From Takakia lepidozioides (lineage: Eukaryota; Plantae; Bryophyta): a stretch of DNA of 64,000 nt. The notes under the pieces were generated by a model. It did not search any database. It had not been told where the DNA came from and saw only the letters and a list, made by a program, of their open reading frames with translations. The stretch is from positions 61,938,001-62,002,000 of the forward strand of contig CM060734.1 of NCBI GenBank assembly GCA_030704615.1, in the 5' to 3' direction. Within the stretch, counting starts at the first letter, position 1, and every line of letters starts with the position of its first letter. Shown here one piece after another: positions 1-11,429 of the stretch. The position numbers and the translations under genes are program-made.

Positions 1-147
1 AACTCCCTGGTCCTCCTCTCATCAGAGAACAATCTACGCTAAGCTACCATGGTCATCCATTCTTCATCCACCACACCTCCAGTATACACTGGTCTGATGC
101 CCTATTAGACTACAAGAGTAAGACTAGTAGTGGGGTAACATCCTGTT

Positions 148-1689
148 TTAGCACTCCCGCAACTGAACGCGTCGTGCCTGCCCTTTCTTTACTTTCCTAG
201 GTGGCATTTTTATGAACCTTGAGCGCAGGATGTTGTCAATAGCATCTTGTTGGATATTGGGCAGAAACCTTCTCCCCATTCGAGCTATGCTTGGAGAACT
301 TGGGAACTCAGCCATAACATCACCCGTAATGTTTAGTACCCGAGGTCCCCTAGTATAACTGACAATCACCTTCCTAACACTGCATTTGTGCTTACTTCCC
401 AGGGTGAATAGGGCTGACCATCTCACCTGGTAGTCCACCAAGCGTCGGACCTTCATGAAATTGTCACTGCAGCGGTAGTACCTGAGAAGCCCATGGGCTA
501 GGGAAGAGAAGTAAGACACTATCGCTTCATCTGAAGAATTGAGCATCGAAGTCAGTGTGGTAGGACGAGCTTTAGTAGGCTGAAGTATACCTTTCTTTCG
601 TAGTTTCTCTGTTATCACCTCCATTGGAGCCAGGATCTGCATTGGAAACCCCCCATACCTTCTTGTCTTTGCCACTGTAGAAGATTCTTTCTCATAATTT
701 TTAATTTTACTTTGGGTCATTATCTCCTTTTCCAAGTACTTCTCTAGAAGCCTTGTCAAATGTCCATGGGCCTGCAGGATCTCTTTTGGAATTCCCATCC
801 CAGCATAGTTCAGGAAGATCTCTTCCTCTGTCGCCAGGAGGCGCTCGACTGATTGCCTGGTTTCACCTTCCTCAATTTTTTCAAAAACAAAATTCCTACT
901 GACCTCTTGTGCTTTTGCGAACATCACTTGTTCTGCTGCCTCCCAAGAAGTGAGGTCCTTCTTAGTTTTCTTGAGAGCCCAAGCCCATGCACGAAGGGTA
1001 AGGTCCTTCAGTTCAGTGTTCCAACTGTCTTTCCGTACCTGTGCCAATCTCTGAATCCGGGCCTTGCTTCGGCGGCGCTTTTCTAGCTCCTTGGAGTACC
1101 GTCTGGGCCATTTGCTTGCCAGGACGCCAGCTATCCTCATGCCCAGGAACAAAACTGATCCACTCTCTATGTGCACATGTGACGTCAGGCCTACGTCCAA
1201 GTGTAGCTCGGTTTTCAGAAACTGTGCAATCCTGCCTTGGATCTTCTCAACCACATCTCTTGAACCTGTGATACCAAGTAAAAAGTCTTCTCCATGGCGT
1301 ACATAATGCACCCTCACCAAGTCTCGGTTGTCCTCAATTTCAGGTAGCTGAAAATTCCTGCTATCGATATCGCCAACGCCCTTGAGCTGTTCAATCTGCC
1401 ATGTCAGCCTACCACCTGGTATTAGGCTGCCAACCCTCGACACCACGGGTGTGATGCCAAAATACAGCATGCCAAGCATTGTCGTGTAATCTTTTAAGGT
1501 GTCATCCAACTCGGGAATATTTATCAGAACAACATAGTGCAGGTTGCTTGGCCAATGTAGCATGCAGACCACACAACTTGGGCAGAGCCTTAAAATAGCC
1601 TGTACTGGTGCCGCAATAGAAAGGGAGAAAGAGAGCAAGACCATCCCTACCAAAGCCCCAAAGAGAAGCCCAACCAGCAGAAAGTCCAT
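148..1689 (-). CDS. Nuclear group II intron maturase-like protein (degenerate RT4-7 plus domain X, no HNH domain)
   Basis: 513-aa ORF. VHYVRHGEDFLLGITGS matches the RT5 motif YVRYADDFLIGI with the catalytic YADD lost. VLFLGMRI matches RT7. Domain X is MQILAPMEVITEKLRKKG...GLLRYYRCSDNF...YQVRWSALFTLGSKHK. LINIPELDD resembles RT4 NIYLHELD. The true N-terminus and splicing are unresolved. Confidence 0.88.
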   Translation of the reverse strand: MDFLLVGLLFGALVGMVLLSFSLSIAAPVQAILRLCPSCVVCMLHWPSNLHYVVLINIPELDDTLKDYTTMLGMLYFGITPVVSRVGSLIPGGRLTWQIEQLKGVGDIDSRNFQLPEIEDNRDLVRVHYVRHGEDFLLGITGSRDVVEKIQGRIAQFLKTELHLDVGLTSHVHIESGSVLFLGMRIAGVLASKWPRRYSKELEKRRRSKARIQRLAQVRKDSWNTELKDLTLRAWAWALKKTKKDLTSWEAAEQVMFAKAQEVSRNFVFEKIEEGETRQSVERLLATEEEIFLNYAGMGIPKEILQAHGHLTRLLEKYLEKEIMTQSKIKNYEKESSTVAKTRRYGGFPMQILAPMEVITEKLRKKGILQPTKARPTTLTSMLNSSDEAIVSYFSSLAHGLLRYYRCSDNFMKVRRLVDYQVRWSALFTLGSKHKCSVRKVIVSYTRGPRVLNITGDVMAEFPSSPSIARMGRRFLPNIQQDAIDNILRSRFIKMPPRKVKKGQARRVQLREC

Positions 1690-3539
1690 CTAGCTGAAGG
1701 GAGTTTTCAACAAAACCCCAAATCATGTGAATTTGTACAGAGTCACTTAGAGAAGGAGCCAGCAACAAACCATGGAAAAGCTGTCATTTGACAACTGGAT
1801 CATACTTGCGTGATCACTGGCGTCCAAGGCTTTGCTGTTTTGCTTCAACCCCAGTTTCTCATCTGTGACCTGTAACAACAACCTTGAGGTATTACAGCCT
1901 TACTGAGTACAAGAATAGGACACTTTGCAAACAGATCACTCTGGTTTTCCCATATTGCAACAAAAGTTGTTTACGACCGACAATAAGCCAAACTCCAAAT
2001 ATAAATGGCAGAACCACTGAAGAGGTTCCAAATTAATAATGATTGAAAACAGTGGGAAGAAGAGAGCAAAATGACCCATGAAGGAAAAGTTTCCACTGGC
2101 AAACAAGGTGACTGTCTGCCAATAGTGCATCAGCCAACGATAAGATGGGTTCTTGCTTACCTCTTTCTCCCCAGCCATTCTGCTCCTTTTTGGATTTGGT
2201 TTTAATGACCACAAGGCTGAGACAGACATTAAGTATTCGATACATTCCTGCAGAGTCTCATGTACATGACAGACTAACATGACAAAAGAAACATACAGAA
2301 AAATAGACCTCATTGGCAGTCATGTGGGATGGGGTGCCCCTCCCTGTCTGGCACACTGCTTGCGCAAAAGGGTCAGTTAGCTTGCCTAGTGGAACCTCCT
2401 GGGCCAGCTCTACTTCAGTTTCCCCTGCATTACCCCCACCATTTGCCCATGGCTTATGAGCAGATAATCATATAACACCTTTGGTGCTTTGTGGTCCACC
2501 CTTCACTTGCAATTGGCTACTACCCTGGAGGTCAGGTGGTCCTCGGATTTAAGAGGCAGACAGTAGATGTATGGTCTGCTTGATATACAAATTTCAGTGC
2601 ACACGCCATTGGTTTTGGTGACAGATTGGAATCACCAGCAGCTACACACGAAACTCTACAGAAGGAATAAATGGCCGTCTACTGATGGCCCACCTGTCTA
2701 ATTGTGCTCATTACTATATGATGACCCCCTTCACAAGCCAACGACCACCTGTGAGGTCGTCACCTGCAGCCACAGAAGGCTTCAAAGAATTTTTCCAGCT
2801 AACGTAACAACAAGACCACCTATTGCTGACTGACTGTACTATGTAATTGCAATCTATGCTGATGCCATGGAAAAACTGTATGGGTAATTTTCAAATCACA
2901 GTTGAACCTTAGTTTGAAAAATCAAAGGTGTGCAGGCAACTGGGTAATACTATTGAGGTGGAGTTCTTGGAAATCCAAGGGGCCTTACTGAACTGATCCG
3001 GTTTCCACTCCCGCACCATCCCAAGTTCGAATTTATGAGGTGGCCTCCGTGTCGGATCGCCCCAATGACTGCACAAGTTAAATAAAATGTGGGTGTCAGT
3101 ACCTCCATCTGCACATATGATGAGATCACCAAGACCCCATCGACCACGAAGGTTCGCGACTCCAATTGCAGTTGCGAAGTCCTATGAGTTGTTGGCATCG
3201 TGCCAACCCATTCATGAATATCGTACGCCCTCAACTCGTTGTGCAGGTACCTCTATGTGAAATCGAAGGGGAATGCCAGGCTTACGGTAACAAGGTAACC
3301 AATTGAAGGGAAAAGATAGCCAGATAGTTTCAGTGTGCAGAGATAAATCTCCAATGCATCCCGACAACCATCCCAGACGGTTCCCTGACGTACTGAATAG
3401 TCCAAAGCCCCCTCGGCAAATTGCAAGCAGATCCAGGGGATAGAGCCAATGCAACGAAGAGGCAATCTCCACCACGGTACTCGAAACCGACCCATTCTCA
3501 TGGTGAATTGAGTCGTAACTTATCCCATTTCAAACATAC

Positions 3540-3685
3540 AAGAAGCAAGAGTACTGGTGCGAATGGAAGAACCTGGCAGTACGACCCCGGCTGCTCCAGC
3601 CCTCCGTGGCCGTGCTCAAACATCGAGAAAGCACCAAGGAAAGATCCACAGCTTGCCGGAAGAGAAGGCGTCGGGCCGCCGCCAT
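3540..3685 (-). CDS. Probable first coding exon encoding a mitochondrial-type targeting peptide, possibly of the maturase gene
   Basis: ATG at 3685 reads MAAARRLLFRQAVDLSLVLSRCLSTATEGWSSRGRTARFFHSHQYSCF (Arg/Ser/Ala/Leu-rich, few acidic residues, contains RCLST). It is followed by a GTATGT donor at 3539. Linkage to the 148-1689 ORF is inferred from strand and proximity only. Confidence 0.5.
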
Positions 3686-3764
3686 CGCGAGGAAGACCGA
3701 AGGTTTCTCCAGATCCTCAGCAGCTATGGCGACACTTTCTTCTTATTTCCCGGACTTTGCAGGG

Positions 3765-3774
3765 TTTAGGGTTT
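3765..3774 (-). promoter_or_regulatory. Telo-box (AAACCCTAAA) near the presumed transcription start
   Basis: TTTAGGGTTT on the + strand ~80 bp upstream of the ATG at 3685. Telo-boxes are common at plant RNA-metabolism and translation genes. Confidence 0.45.
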
Positions 3775-6019
3775 AAGAGCCTCGGTGAAAAGTAACGGAA
3801 AAAAACGGGGCCACAAGAAGTCCAATGCAAAGTACGAGGACATGACATGACATCTAGGGCTTGGTCACGCTGCGGAAATCCGAGACTGAGAGCTCCTACT
3901 TCATGCATGCCTCAAAAATTATGTAGCTTCCGTGCAATGTTGCATCTTGAGGGTTGAAACTATGTCCGAAAGCATGTGCAACAATGAAATGGTTTTTTCC
4001 TTTGCGCATGTGAAGATCCGATGTTGTGTGAAAAGAAGATCCTATGTTGTGCCTCTTGAGGACGTGAGAAAACAGTGCTGCTTGAATTGGTTTGAGAATT
4101 TGGAGTACTGGTGGACGCCATTGCTGCCAAAGAAAGCAATATGTTTCGTGGCCAGATCCGTTCATTGCCCTCCTGAAATACTTGCTGCAAAATGTTGCTT
4201 CAATTCGTATGTGTTCCCCAAAGATTTACCAAAATGCAGGAAGAACTAAGGCGACACTTGGGAGTGGACTGGCTTCGATCTAATAGGTCTCTGAGTAGTT
4301 GTGCCACTAACTCAGCAGCTGCTTTAGTGAGTTCATGCGAAACACAATTCCTTGCACAGCCGATGGCCACATGGCTGTACAAGTTCGTCAAGCTCGCTCA
4401 TGGCGTCAAGCTCGAGCTCTGTGAGTGTCGAAACACAAAATTTTGTGACTACGATTGTTAAGCTGGAGTTTGACCAGCAACAACAGGGTTTTTTAAAATC
4501 GAAAGTCTTTGGGTTTGAATCCGAGTTGGAAGACGTCCTCTGCCAGAACAGCTTGAGTACTGATTACTCTCAAAGGTGAATTTCTGCATATGTATGTGTA
4601 AGATAACATCAATCAATCGCTCCGCAATAGTTCTTGACTGACCTCTACGGATTCATGCAGGATTCCAAAGCTTTTAGATCAAGTACCCCAGGAATGTATA
4701 GGGGGCTTTGGAAACTGTTTAGACAGTTTGGCACCCCTCCACTGCACATATATCTCGGCTGGTGGCATTTTGGGGCTGTACATGAAAATGGGTATAACCA
4801 CCCTTTCCCATCTGCTTTGAGGTTCGTGGCGGAATGGTATTGCAAGCTCAGTGCAGGGCCCGCACCGATCATGTTTCTTTTGCCACTGCCAAAACATCAT
4901 ATTGGGGCCATGGAACCTCAGACGAAAGCATGATTGTAGTCAAGGGTGCTCTTATCAACGCAACATTTCCAGTCTCCACCCTCTTTCCTGCTGTTTCGAT
5001 CACAGCAGACACAAGATTGATACCTAGTTGTAATGGCTAGGTAGGCATGTGAGGAAATTGACCTAGCCCAGGTGTAAAAAGTGGCTGACAAGGTCTGTTG
5101 CAGATGGCAGGCATCATTATGAGAGGGAAAATGGGGAAGCTCAGGCTGAGGCCATCACGTGGCACACAGATGATGGCCACCCCAGGTCTCGCCCCGTCCC
5201 TGATAAAGCGCAAAAGTGCAGACACGTCCAAAGCAGCTTCAACGCGTTGAGCAGCGACACGAGCGTGGCAGAGCGCATGCTGCACTTTTGGCAGCCTGAT
5301 TCGGGTCCTGTTCCCGCACCCACGTGATATATCGTGCCGGATCCGCCGTCAGTGCCTCGCTCGCTTGCCTCACAAGAGGAGGACCACCACCACGGCTGAT
5401 TTTTGCATGTCACAAGGCATTTGACAGGCAAATAAAGGCGAAAAAAAAAACGGCCTGTCAAAAGAAAGGTAAAAACAAAAAATTGCCTGTCACAGTGAAA
5501 GGCAAAAAAGAAAATGGCCTGTCAAAAGAAAGGTAAAGATTACAAAGGAAATGTACAAGCACATCGGCTGGTACGTTAAGTGCAATGCGTCGCCTTGGTG
5601 GTCCAAGGTTCAAAGCCGCTGCCCTGCTCCCTGTGGGGATTGTTTGTGGCGTATCGTCCGTTGTGCCTCCCTGGCCCATAAATGAAAGGGGGTTATTTTC
5701 CCCCTCCTCCAGGGCCTGAATTGTGGGCTGTCAGTTGCGTGTTGCATGCAGGCCTCTAGGTTGGCTTACTCTTCAGGGGGTCTTGGGTTCTACCTTCAAT
5801 GAAAGCTACATTGGCCCATGAGTAGAGCTGTGTGGTTTGTGGATCTTTATCATAAACCTTCACAGTGCTAACTTACCCACGATACAGGTGATCAGGTCTG
5901 AAGTCCTGATCATTGTTTTGCAATATGTATTTGACTCTAGCTGCTTTGGTATTGGAAGAATACAATCCCAAGATTAGCTAGCTGAATTTTGATGATTTTG
6001 ATCTTCCAAGCATTCTCAC

Positions 6020-6269
6020 CAGTGATTTTTTTCTTAAATTTGAAAAATAGCACGAGTGGCTATTAAGTTTTACAAGAAATAGCCATATATTCTGTTCATC
6101 CATTGAAATTTGGATAGAATCATCCTCCTATGTACTTTCATCCATTTATATCATCCTTTGTTATATTATCTTTGTAGAAGTTTGGCGATTTCATCCATGG
6201 AAAATTGAGACTTTATGACAGAATGTTTCACTTTAAAATTTTAAGGTTTCGCCAAGGCAGAAAACACTG
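6020..6269. mobile_element. Possible old hAT-type MITE
   Basis: Ends CAGTGATTTT...AAAACACTG. The 8-bp flanks ATTCTCAC and GCTCTCAT match at 5/8. The interior is AT-rich with TTCATCC repeats. Confidence 0.35.
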
Positions 6270-8410
6270 GCTCTCATATACTGCTCCGGGTTGTGAAATG
6301 GCAACTTTAGTCATCTAATTTATTTCAAGAAACAGGCACTTGGGCCTTAAGTTCACAATGATCTACGTAGTAGTTTGGGGATGCAGCTATTGAGAGCCTC
6401 GCATGCATGTAAAGACTGGTTGTCCAAGCCCCCTCCGCGCTCTGTTGGACACATTTGTGACGGGCACTTATAATTAGGACCCCAGCAATTTGCACTTTCA
6501 TAGGTGTGGTGCGCATGTCTTCCAAGGTCCAGCAAGCAACATAGTCTAAGTGATTGAGCTCCCAAAGATGTGTAAGAAGTTCACACTTCAAACTACACAC
6601 TTCTTTTCATTTTTTATTTTTTATTTCATATGTCATGGTTGTGTGAAAGATCTTCCCTTAAAGCACCGCCGCCAAGCCCCCAAGACTCCTTACCACTGCA
6701 CCTGGAAAAGCCCCCCTCTTCCAATCACTAAAAGACGTCTGCCACCCAAGTAATGATCCCCGGCAAAAACCAGCTACAGCCACCACACAGCCACCCTCAC
6801 TAATCAAACCGCCGTCCACCCAGCTGCTCCCTCCGCTAGACTAATCAACACCACCCTTGGCGGATCTTCGCACCGTCTTAAGTTGCGTCTTCGTTATCAC
6901 CCTCGCTTCAACGGCTGATCTACATAGCTTCAGCCATCACTACTCTAGACAACGATTCTAGTGCTTATTACTCTACCCATTCTATCTCTAACTCTCTCTC
7001 CCCCGTAGTCTCCCTCTCTCTCGCTTATCGCCTTTTACTCTCCATCTCTTTCAGATCCAGTCCCCAATCGCTCCATGGCTCCCCTCCTCAAAGCCTCCAA
7101 CTCTTCTTCCTCTCGCTCTCGATTCCCCAGGTTTGCCGATCCTCGTCACCTTCACCCCTCGACAGGTACAGGCTTTTATATGGCTTATCAAATCCACTCT
7201 ATGGGCCTCAGCACACAGGGTCTCTCCCTGGTCCTTCGAAACACCATCCCCACCTCGCAAGTCTTCAACGATCCGCCCTCGAATGGCGCCCTCGTTGCAG
7301 GGCCATCCTCGTTCCCAGCTGCCTCCCCAGACAGCCAAGCAGTGTTCCAGGAGGAATCTCTTTGCGACTCAGACGCCCTGCAGATTGCAATTAAGAAAGA
7401 TCACCCGATGGTACCCGTTCAGCTTGCTCAAGTGGAGTCAAATGTTAACCACATCGAAAATAAAGGAGTTCTTCTTCACTTTTCTGGGAAGAAGGTAAAC
7501 AGGAACCAAGCGCGAGATTGGGTTATAACGCATCTGGGGGGTTCCGGGGATTTGAATCATCACTTCTGCCATGCACAAGGTCGAGGATTCTACTCCATTC
7601 TATTTGACACCGAGGAAATGGCAGACAGGGCCAGGGCATTCAACCCACATCTGCATGGTTTCAACGTGAACATTTTTCCATGGTCTAAATGCATGGGCAA
7701 CAGGAACGGTGAGATTTAGACCCCACAGATAATTGCGCTGCCATACATTCCGGATCAATACTTATTTTGCCTTCCAGAAATTGGGAACTTTTTTGGAGCC
7801 TTCTTGGGTTGTCTTGGAGTATTTGACCCCGGGATGAACACTGCCTCATTAAGGGAGAATCCGGCATGGAGGAGGGCCACCATTGCATCTAGGGCAAATG
7901 AAAATGGTTTTGCAAAAATCGTGGTCATGATGCCAAAAGATAAAGTCTTACCAGAATTCATCAAACTCCCAATCGACAACCAGGGCAACTTCTTCTCAGT
8001 TAAAGTGTCTGAGGACACAACAGCAGCAGCCTGTTTTTATTGTGGGATGTCAGGACACATCAGAGCGGATTGCCCAAAAGCGAAAAGGAAGAGATCAAAC
8101 AACTATAACTTGGTGCCTGAGAACTCTCTCCTTATTCAAGACAGGGCGCCAGCTTCAGACCCACACTTGGAGGTTCCTCCCGCAAATGCCCCCACTCAGG
8201 AAAATGCCATCCCAACTCCAACCTCGGTCTCTTCTGGACAGCTCGAAGATTCAACAGTACAACAAATCTCTCCCTCACCACCGGCAAAGAGGAGGAGGGA
8301 GACTCTGGACCCCATGATCTTCGAAGCAACTACAGCTACTACATCTACATTTCAGAAAGATAAGGGAGCACTCGTCAGGGAATTTGCTTTTGCAAGCATC
8401 CAGGGCTTTT

Positions 8411-9682
8411 GAGGGCAGCAAAGCCGTGAGCAGAACCTGTGAGCAGATTCCTGGATGCGTGAGCAGATTCCCCAAAGCGTGAGCAGATTCAAAGGGTGAG
8501 CAGATTTCTGATGCGGACCCCAAAACCGTGGGAACAAGTGGGCCTATTGCCGTGGACGCCAACTTCACTACAACGACGCAATCTTCGTTCCATCGGACCG
8601 AAGATAGAAAGGCTCCATGACAACAAAGTGGCACGAATGCATGATGAAACATTCACGGATGAATGGATTTGGGATGGACGTAAAAATGAAATGGATGAAC
8701 GTTGGATGAAGCACGGATGAAAAGTTGTCCAGATGAGGGGACTATGGACAACTGTATGAGCATGTCTCGTGAGGGATCAGCAAGCGCAGGGACCAGACAT
8801 TAAGGTATCGTCAACGACACCTTAAATCGCATGCTCAGCATGAGCTATGAAAATCGTTGCAAGAAAAAAAATCTTGCCTGGATAAAACCATAGGGGGGAG
8901 TTGTAATCCTGCTCAGGGAAGCACGAATTAAGATGTCGTCAACGACATCTTAATCCCCTGCCCTGTTTGGACATGGGAATTTCACCAAACAGGATAAAAC
9001 ACTATATATATATATATATATATATATAAGCCCAAAAATGGAGAAAGGTTTGGGTTTACTTGAACAAAGTGGATCCATGAAGAGTGACTGGTTTCATTTG
9101 CAAGAAGGTAGCTACCGTGTGAGCAGTTCACGTGAGCATGCTCACGCTTTAAGTGGTAAAAGTGAGTAGAACGTGAGCAGATTAGTGAATGGGAGCCTAC
9201 AACTGAGGGAAGAAGATGACCTATTGCCATGGACAAAAACTACACTGTATGGACACAATCTCCACCCCATCCGACAGAAAATCCTTCACGGGTGACGACC
9301 ATATGGTACGAATGTGCGATGAAAAGCTGCAGGTTGAATGGTTTTGAGATGAATGAAAAAATGAATGGATGAATGTTGGATGACTTTTGGATGAAAAATG
9401 AGCGACATGAATGAACCATGGTGCGTGTGCAGGTGCTCGGGATTAAGGTGTCGTCAACGACAACTTAATTCCCAGTACGAGTTGGCACATGACAGCTAAC
9501 GGAAAAACCAAAATCCCTGAATTTGTTTTTCCAAAAATATTAACCAAAAAAATTTCAACCCAAAAAACTTTCAAGGCGAAGAAGCCTTGGTGTGTGTGTG
9601 CAAGTGGTGGGGATTAAGGTGTCGTCATCGACATCTTAATTCCCAGCAAGTTTTCAAAAGAAGAAAAAATAAATTAAAGAGT

Positions 9683-9713
<31 letters not shown>

Positions 9714-11429
9714 CCCTTCCTCGAATGTGCCAGATTAAGGTGTCGTCAACGCCATCTTAATTCCCATCAAGTTTTCCAAAATACATATATATATATTTAT
9801 TTATTTATTTATTTTCCCCCTGAATGTGCCAGATTAAGGTGTCATCAACGACATCTTAATTCCCAGTACGAGTTGGCATATGACAATTCATGGAAAAATC
9901 AACAACCCCAAAAAAATTCACCCGGAAAAATCTGATGGCGAACAAGCCTTGGCGGTAAGGCAGTGTGTGTGCAGGTGCTGGGGATTAAGGTGTCGTCAAT
10001 GACATCTTAATTCCCAGTACGTGTTTTGAGATGTTTATTTATAGCCTTCTTTAGATTTGGGTGTGAGCATTTCTCTCAACCTTTGATACCGTTTATTTCA
10101 AGGTGGCCTCAACTCTGCACCTTTGTCCCTACTTTCAATTTCAATGTAGTCTTGTGTTGTTCTATGTTGTGCCATTCTCTTGTTTGATTGCTATTTGAGA
10201 GATGGAATTAAGGTGTCGTTGACAATACCTTAAATCCATGCCCTCTTGGGATGAGTTTGCCATGAATGAGGATCTTACATGGTCAGATTTTTTTGAAAGT
10301 TGCCAACATCAGTTATGGAGTCCTGCCTCTTAGTGCCTGGATTAAGATGTCGTTGACGACACCTTAATCCTGAGAGTGAATTGCAACCATTTTGGGATCT
10401 TTTGGGATGGAGTGGGACGAGCAGCTCTACTCTCAAGTCATCGCACCTCTGTCTGGGGGTTTATCGCATTCAACCCAGACCGAGAACATTGTTATGGAGC
10501 AAAATCTTCAAAAGCCCAATGCTCTGGATTGCCCGTCACAAGGGCGTCGCCTAGGCGTCACAAGAGGGACCCCTTAGAAGGAACTTGAAAGAAATCTTAT
10601 TAATTCCAATTTCTCATGTGAGTAAGTTCTAGTTCAGTTGTGGTACTTCACTGACACGACGACACATCCTTCTATTTCCATCTTTCCTGCACAAGTTGGG
10701 CCAGCAGAATGTATGTGGACTTACATTGTTTGTGTGTGTGTACAGGAGCCCAAGGTCGCCACGGTTCCTCCCTTTCTTTGCAAACCCGCAATTTTTCCCA
10801 AGTCCGAAAGCAGATTTTAAATCGTCATGTTATGCGGAGGCTGCAGCTTCGGAATTTAGTCTCATCTCTTCTCCCCCTGCTGTGCTTTTAAAAAGAGAGG
10901 GTTTTGTGTAAAGCAGGGCTAGTGTCTTCATAGACAGTTCTGCCTTCATTTCGGACGCCGACTCCAATAGCATAGAATATTCTTCGTCGGAATGAATCTG
11001 CAGTTTTTAAACTATTTAGTTTGAAGCACCAAATGGCCTCTCCACCTTCTTTGCAATTGTGTGTCAGCAACTATGTCGACTTCTGATACCTGATGAAAGG
11101 ACAATCACAACCCTCACCAGTGGGCAGAGGTTCACTCTAGAGCTAGGTGGATTTAGCAACCACTACTCAAAAATGCATCTTAGTTTTGCATTCATCCACA
11201 AACTACATTCATCCATGTGCCATTCGTCGAACATACATTCATCCCCCATTCATCCATCGTTCATCCATCATTCATCCATAACGATGAATGACGTATGCAT
11301 GATATACTAGACACAACCCGCAGTAGTAGGTCTTCTAGGCCGAATAGGTGTCCGCCGTTATAGGTGAGCACATGCAGAAGCGTGAGCAGAATTCTGCTCA
11401 CGGATTCTACTCACGGTTTAGCAATCCCC
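8411..11429. mobile_element. Non-autonomous Mutator-like (MULE) element inserted in LINE ORF1
   Basis: 9-bp target duplication AGGGCTTTT at 8402-8410 and 11430-11438. Imperfect G-starting TIRs (GAGGGCAGCAAAGCCGTGAGCAGAA vs reverse complement GGGGATTGCTAAACCGTGAGTAGAA), GTGAGCAGA repeats at both ends and inverted GGATGAA/TTCATCC-rich subterminal tracts. No transposase ORF. Confidence 0.8.
8799..10368. repeat. Array of nine 28-bp palindromes, consensus ATTAAGGTGTCGTCAACGACATCTTAAT
   Basis: Copies start at 8799, 8927, 9442, 9613, 9734, 9833, 9984, 10207 and 10341. Each has 13-bp arms around a 2-nt centre (CA in copies 1-7, TG in copies 8-9). Confidence 0.93.

Noticed and set aside
148-1689. Mobile group II intron, or a membrane protein from the hydrophobic N-terminus
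   Set aside because: No domain V/VI RNA was recognised after the stop, and the RT catalytic motif and HNH are absent. The first ~50 codons may simply be open frame upstream of the real exon.
3932-4933. Protein-coding gene, and faint similarity to decayed minus-strand sequence at ~55140-55450
   Set aside because: Only short broken ORFs with no recognisable domain. The resemblance (W..GA..NG...WY) is too weak to support.
8799-10368. CRISPR array
   Set aside because: Spacers are long, very uneven and partly homologous to each other (e.g. CCCAGTACGAGTTGGCA repeats). Orientation flips, there are no cas genes, and the array lies within a TSD-bounded eukaryotic transposon.
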